Origin: Dehalococcoidia bacterium
GTDB taxonomy: Bacteria > Chloroflexota > Dehalococcoidia > Plut-88900
Direction: 5' to 3'
NCBI GenBank assembly: GCA_965249275.1
Contig: CBDFLQ010000007.1
Location: 704,001-768,000 of the forward strand
DNA: 64,000 bases
Shown piece by piece: positions 60,222-64,000 of this stretch (positions are counted from its first letter, which is position 1; each line of letters starts with the position of its first letter). The position numbers and the translations under genes were made by a program. The notes under the pieces are model-generated. The model made no database searches. It was given only the letters and a program-made list of their open reading frames with translations, and was not told where the DNA came from.

Positions 60222-60416
60222 AATAGGTTTCCTCCAGGGGACAAATAGACGGGTTTGCCCGCTAGCGCAGGCGGGCCGATTATAGCACGGGCCCTACTCT
60301 GTTTTACCTGTGTAGGTACATGTGTATGAATGGTCTTTGGCATGAGGGATTGTTAGACTGTGAGGACTTCGTGGCCGGCAAACTTTAGGCCGCTGAAGCA
60401 AAGGTGGAAAGCACAC

Positions 60417-60878
60417 ATGAGTTTGCAATTCGCAACGAAGAACGTCGAGGCTCAGCCCATTTTGGGGATACGCACATCGGTGAAGATGGAAGAGATCGGC
60501 CAAGTGTTGGGCTCTCTTTTCGGGGAAGTGTATGGATATATAAAAGAGAAAGGTCAGGAACCGGCCGGCATGCCCCATTCGATCTATTATTCGATGGATG
60601 GCGACAGCATTGACCTCCAATGCGGTATGCCGGTGCAGTCTCCGATAGAGAGAGGGGACCGCATCCAAGCCGGCGAACTTCCAGCGGGTACCGTTGCGAC
60701 AGTCACACATGCGGGCCCCTACGAGGGACTTCCCAAAACATGGCAAGCGCTCGTGGAGTGGATAGGCTCGCAGGGGCTCCAGCCTACGGGTGCACCATGG
60801 GAAGTGTACGTAACCGATCCCGGGGCAGAGCCAGATCAGTCCAAATGGCGAACCGACCTCTACTTTCCAGTGAGCTGA
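60417..60878 (+). CDS. GyrI-like small-molecule-binding protein
   Basis: HAGPYEGL, PWEVYVTDP, WRTDLYFP. Confidence 0.88.
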   Translation: MSLQFATKNVEAQPILGIRTSVKMEEIGQVLGSLFGEVYGYIKEKGQEPAGMPHSIYYSMDGDSIDLQCGMPVQSPIERGDRIQAGELPAGTVATVTHAGPYEGLPKTWQALVEWIGSQGLQPTGAPWEVYVTDPGAEPDQSKWRTDLYFPVS

Positions 60879-60991
60879 TCAGCGTTAAGCCAAGACTGCC
60901 AGGGGTGAACTCAACTTCTTTTGCTGGTATCCACCCACACCTGATGGCCTCTTCACGCAAGGAATAAGACAACCCGAAGCACCTTATTGCA

Positions 60992-61192
60992 ATGGAAATT
61001 TCCAGGGGAGCAGTAGCTCTCTTTGTCTTACTAGTCGCCTGGGTCCTGTGCGGAATACTCTGGACTATTGGAGTAGCCGTGGTTATCTACGGCGTGCTTT
61101 GGTGGGGAATCGGGTACCTCGGCCTGGGACTGCTCTTAGCAGTGGCTGGTTCGATATGGGCCTACAGGATCAACAGAGGGCCCAGTAAGTAA
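60992..61192 (+). CDS. Small membrane protein
   Basis: 66 aa, almost entirely hydrophobic (two TM segments). Confidence 0.65.
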   Translation: MEISRGAVALFVLLVAWVLCGILWTIGVAVVIYGVLWWGIGYLGLGLLLAVAGSIWAYRINRGPSK

Positions 61193-61280
61193 GTCTTGCA
61201 AGGGATCGAAGCGTGCCTACATTCCCCATTTTGTTAGAATATACATAAGGCGTCCCATCCATGAATTAGGAGGAATCTCA

Positions 61281-61400
61281 ATGGCTACTACACAATGTGC
61301 GGCTTGCAATAGAAAGTTTGAAGCGCAATTGATGCAGTTGAACAACCAGATGTATTGCGTCGACTGCTTCAACGCGGTTAAGGCCAAGGAGAAATCGTAG
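61281..61400 (+). CDS. 39-aa CxxC-x16-CxxC zinc-finger microprotein
   Basis: AGGAGG RBS; MATTQCAACNRKFEAQLMQLNNQMYCVDCFNAVKAKEKS; followed by its own terminator; below the ORF-track cutoff. Confidence 0.8.
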   Translation: MATTQCAACNRKFEAQLMQLNNQMYCVDCFNAVKAKEKS

Positions 61401-61436
61401 TAAAACAATAGAACGGAAACGTTCTACAAGCCCATT

Positions 61437-61477
61437 ATCAGCCGGTGGTTGTCAATGACAACCACCGGCTGATTTGT
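61437..61477 (+). terminator. Intrinsic terminator
   Basis: ATCAGCCGGTGGTTGTCA-A-TGACAACCACCGGCTGAT, followed by TTG. Confidence 0.75.
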
Positions 61478-61589
61478 ATTTGCAAATATTAGGTTTTCAT
61501 CCTAGTTTTTGACAGATTATTGACGAATTCTTGAACCGAATCTAAAATTGCCATAGGTATTCTTTCTTTTATCAGTCTCGTAAAGGGGG

Positions 61590-63077
61590 TTGCAGGTGGA
61601 AAAGATAGTAGATGTCCAAATCAACAAGACCAATGCCCTTATCACCCTTGGCTCCATGTACCGGAGCGCTGCGGATGCCATAAAGGAGTACGTCAGCAAC
61701 GCCTTGGACGAATGGGCAATAGCCCGCTCCGAGGGCCGTGGCGAGGAGCAGTGCCGGGTCGTCTTCACACTCGAAAAGAAGGCCATCACCATCGACTACA
61801 ACGCTCCCGGCATGGACGCCGAAGGCTTTGAGAATGCTCTGAGACATGTGGTCGACTCGGCGAAAAGGGGCTCCAGCATCCCGCAAATCGGGCGGCTTGG
61901 CATAGGGCTTTGGGCTTTCAACCAGGTCGGGACCAAGGCAACGTTCCTGAGCAAGCGTTCAGCGGAATCTCCAACCCTCAAGGTCATCCTGTCCCGAGAT
62001 TCAGCCGAGGCTCAAATCGCCGACCCGGGCCCCGGTGAACAACGCTCCAGGCCCGGCATGACAATCGAAATCACCGGCCTTTTCCAAGACCCGACCCGCC
62101 GCTACGGACCACTTTCCCAAGCCCGGCTCAAGCACGTTTTGGCAGACAGGTTTGACGTGTACCTCAGGACCGGGCATCTAACGATCACCATCAAGACGGC
62201 CAAGGGAGACTCAGAGGTGACTCCGGTTCAACTGGACTTACCGGAGATCGGGAATAAGTTCCAGGAGATGCACCTTCCCGGCGAGCCCGACAAGGTCTTC
62301 AGGACCCGCTTCTGGTTCGACCCTTCGGGTCAGGGGCGGGTGGCCATGCGCCACACGGGTGTCGTAATCATCGAAGACATACGGGAACTGTACGAGTATG
62401 AGATGAAAGGCAGCATCCTGGTAAGCGGCCTGATCAAGGGCTTCGTGGACGCCGAGTTCCTGTCTCCCCTCCCCGCTCGGGCCCAGTTCTTCGAAGATGA
62501 TAGCCTGACCAAGTTGTTGGACTCCCTCCAGGGGATCGGCGCCGAGCTGGACAAGGAGATCACGGGATTCCGGGACGAAGCGGACAACGCACGGGTCCAG
62601 GCCCTTTTCGGTCGGGCGACGCGCCTGGCCCGGGAGATCTTTAGCCAGGAAGAGTTCCTGGATCTCGAGCTTATCGATGGCCTGCGCAGAGTCAGCAATC
62701 CGAAGGGAGATGACCACGTAGTGAATGGGGACGCAGCCAAGGAGGCTGAAGCCAACGGAAACGGGACCAATGGTCACAAGGGGCACGGCGGCAACGGGCA
62801 CAGCCGCAGGGCCGCTCGGGCCATAATCCGCCGCTCCGATTTCGGCGGGGACGTTCGACACCGCAGCCGGCTCAACGACGGCGCCATCGAGATCAATATC
62901 AACAACCCCGACTTCCTGGCCCTCTCCCGGGTGCCTCGTTCCCACCAAATAGCCTACGTAGCCATGCTCCTGGGCAAGGAGATAATCGCCTACAACGACT
63001 CCAGCCGCGCCAGTGACGAGGCCCTGGAGAAAATGGCAGCCTACGGGACTCGGGTCCTGTCCAAGGTGTGGAAGTAG
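61590..63077 (+). CDS. GHKL (MORC/HATPase_c_3-like) ATPase
   Basis: AIKEYVSNALD, APGM, IGRLGIG, GMTIEI motifs, plus a C-terminal IEINxNNPDF domain. Confidence 0.8.
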   Translation: MQVEKIVDVQINKTNALITLGSMYRSAADAIKEYVSNALDEWAIARSEGRGEEQCRVVFTLEKKAITIDYNAPGMDAEGFENALRHVVDSAKRGSSIPQIGRLGIGLWAFNQVGTKATFLSKRSAESPTLKVILSRDSAEAQIADPGPGEQRSRPGMTIEITGLFQDPTRRYGPLSQARLKHVLADRFDVYLRTGHLTITIKTAKGDSEVTPVQLDLPEIGNKFQEMHLPGEPDKVFRTRFWFDPSGQGRVAMRHTGVVIIEDIRELYEYEMKGSILVSGLIKGFVDAEFLSPLPARAQFFEDDSLTKLLDSLQGIGAELDKEITGFRDEADNARVQALFGRATRLAREIFSQEEFLDLELIDGLRRVSNPKGDDHVVNGDAAKEAEANGNGTNGHKGHGGNGHSRRAARAIIRRSDFGGDVRHRSRLNDGAIEININNPDFLALSRVPRSHQIAYVAMLLGKEIIAYNDSSRASDEALEKMAAYGTRVLSKVWK

Positions 63078-63167
63078 CGCCCTGGACGGGGCTGCCCTAT
63101 CGCCCCAAAAAGAAAACATCGCTGCGGTTAGATTAGCCGACCGCAGCGATGTTAGTTTAAGTCCCCT

Positions 63168-63620
63168 TTACTTGCCTTTGGTCTGGGAAAGGCTTGAAGC
63201 CCAGGACTCGACCAGGTCCAGTCTGGACTGGACGAGATCGTGGTCCAGGTCTCGGGCGACGTTGGAATATCCGGCGCGGACGAGCATAGGCACCATGCGG
63301 CTGCGCAGCTTATTGAGGGCCCAGGGTATGGGCGCACCGTCAGCCGTGCAGTCGAGAAAAAGGCGTTCGTCCCGGCCGTCGGGGCCGTAGTGGTAGTGGG
63401 GCGCATCGACGAAACAGTCGAACCTGAGCAACTCGGTGCGCTTGCCTTCCAGGTCGGCGTAGACGTGGATGGCGACGCCCTCGTCCCCTGCAAAGTGCCG
63501 GTAGTCGAGTCCGAAGTCTATGCTCCCCGCGGTGATGGTCTCCATCTCACCGACTACAAATTCCTGGTCCATGTGTTGGTCTGCTACTTCTTGCATCGGC
63601 CCTACCTCCATCGGAATCAT
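63168..63620 (-). CDS. Conserved hypothetical protein
   Basis: 150-aa ORF with ELLRFDCF...PHYHY; normal codon usage. Confidence 0.75.
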   Translation of the reverse strand: MIPMEVGPMQEVADQHMDQEFVVGEMETITAGSIDFGLDYRHFAGDEGVAIHVYADLEGKRTELLRFDCFVDAPHYHYGPDGRDERLFLDCTADGAPIPWALNKLRSRMVPMLVRAGYSNVARDLDHDLVQSRLDLVESWASSLSQTKGK

Positions 63621-63692
63621 GATTGCCTGGGACGCCCAGTCAAATGATGCACCAGCATAATTTCTCAGTCAAGGAAAAGAAAGAGGACGGGA

Positions 63693-64000
63693 CTAGAACC
63701 CCTTGCGTTTGTCTATAACTCCCGTGAGCGATCGACCTTCCAGATACCGGGTCAAATTATCGCAAAAGACGTCCACTATGCGTGCAACTCGGACCGGAGA
63801 CCCGCCCGCTGTGTGGGGAGTGACCACCACGTTCTCCATGTTCCACAGAGGATGGTCGTCGGAGAGGGGTTCGCCGGGGGACGTGTCGAGGCCCGCGCCC
63901 CCTATTGCACCATTCTCCAGCGCTTCCAGCAACGACGGCCCATCGACTATGTTGCCCCGGGTCACGTTTATAAGCAGGGCATGATTGCGCATGTGAGAAA
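63693..64000 (-). CDS. D-2-hydroxyacid dehydrogenase (5' end truncated by window edge)
   Basis: INVTRG, GAGLD..EPL..HPLW, VTPHTAG. Confidence 0.9.
   Translation of the reverse strand, partial: SHMRNHALLINVTRGNIVDGPSLLEALENGAIGGAGLDTSPGEPLSDDHPLWNMENVVVTPHTAGGSPVRVARIVDVFCDNLTRYLEGRSLTGVIDKRKGF

Overview
GC-rich 64-kb chromosomal fragment, most likely from a Chloroflexota/Dehalococcoidia (SAR202-like) bacterium. This is inferred from the 16S signatures, the stand-alone 16S gene, and the paralog-rich gene content (LLM monooxygenases, Rieske oxygenase, ComDE-like pair, MFS transporters). Housekeeping genes include aroC, aroE, yqgF/ruvX, alaS, moeA, pheA, hisH and hisA. Main highlights: (1) three dispersed copies of an unannotated ~0.7-0.8-kb non-coding unit. 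Each has a shared promoter with a LexA-like box, a C/A-rich leader with a Shine-Dalgarno sequence, a 400-500-nt structured domain closed by an ATGGAAG...CTTCCAT helix, and a C/A-rich tail. It is a candidate SOS-inducible large ncRNA family. (2) Five tandem ureohydrolase paralogs alternating metal-site-dead and metal-site-intact subunits, suggesting heteromeric guanidino hydrolases. (3) An SdhA-like flavoprotein that lacks three dicarboxylate catalytic residues, in a type-E-like Sdh operon. (4) A UxxC selenoprotein DsbA/FrnE truncated by the ORF track. (5) A DUF3800 gene with a promoter-proximal three-way-junction RNA. (6) A 16S rRNA with a long helix-6 expansion and a C526A variant. (7) Nested REP-like palindrome clusters. 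All functional calls come from motif recognition by eye; no database searches were run.
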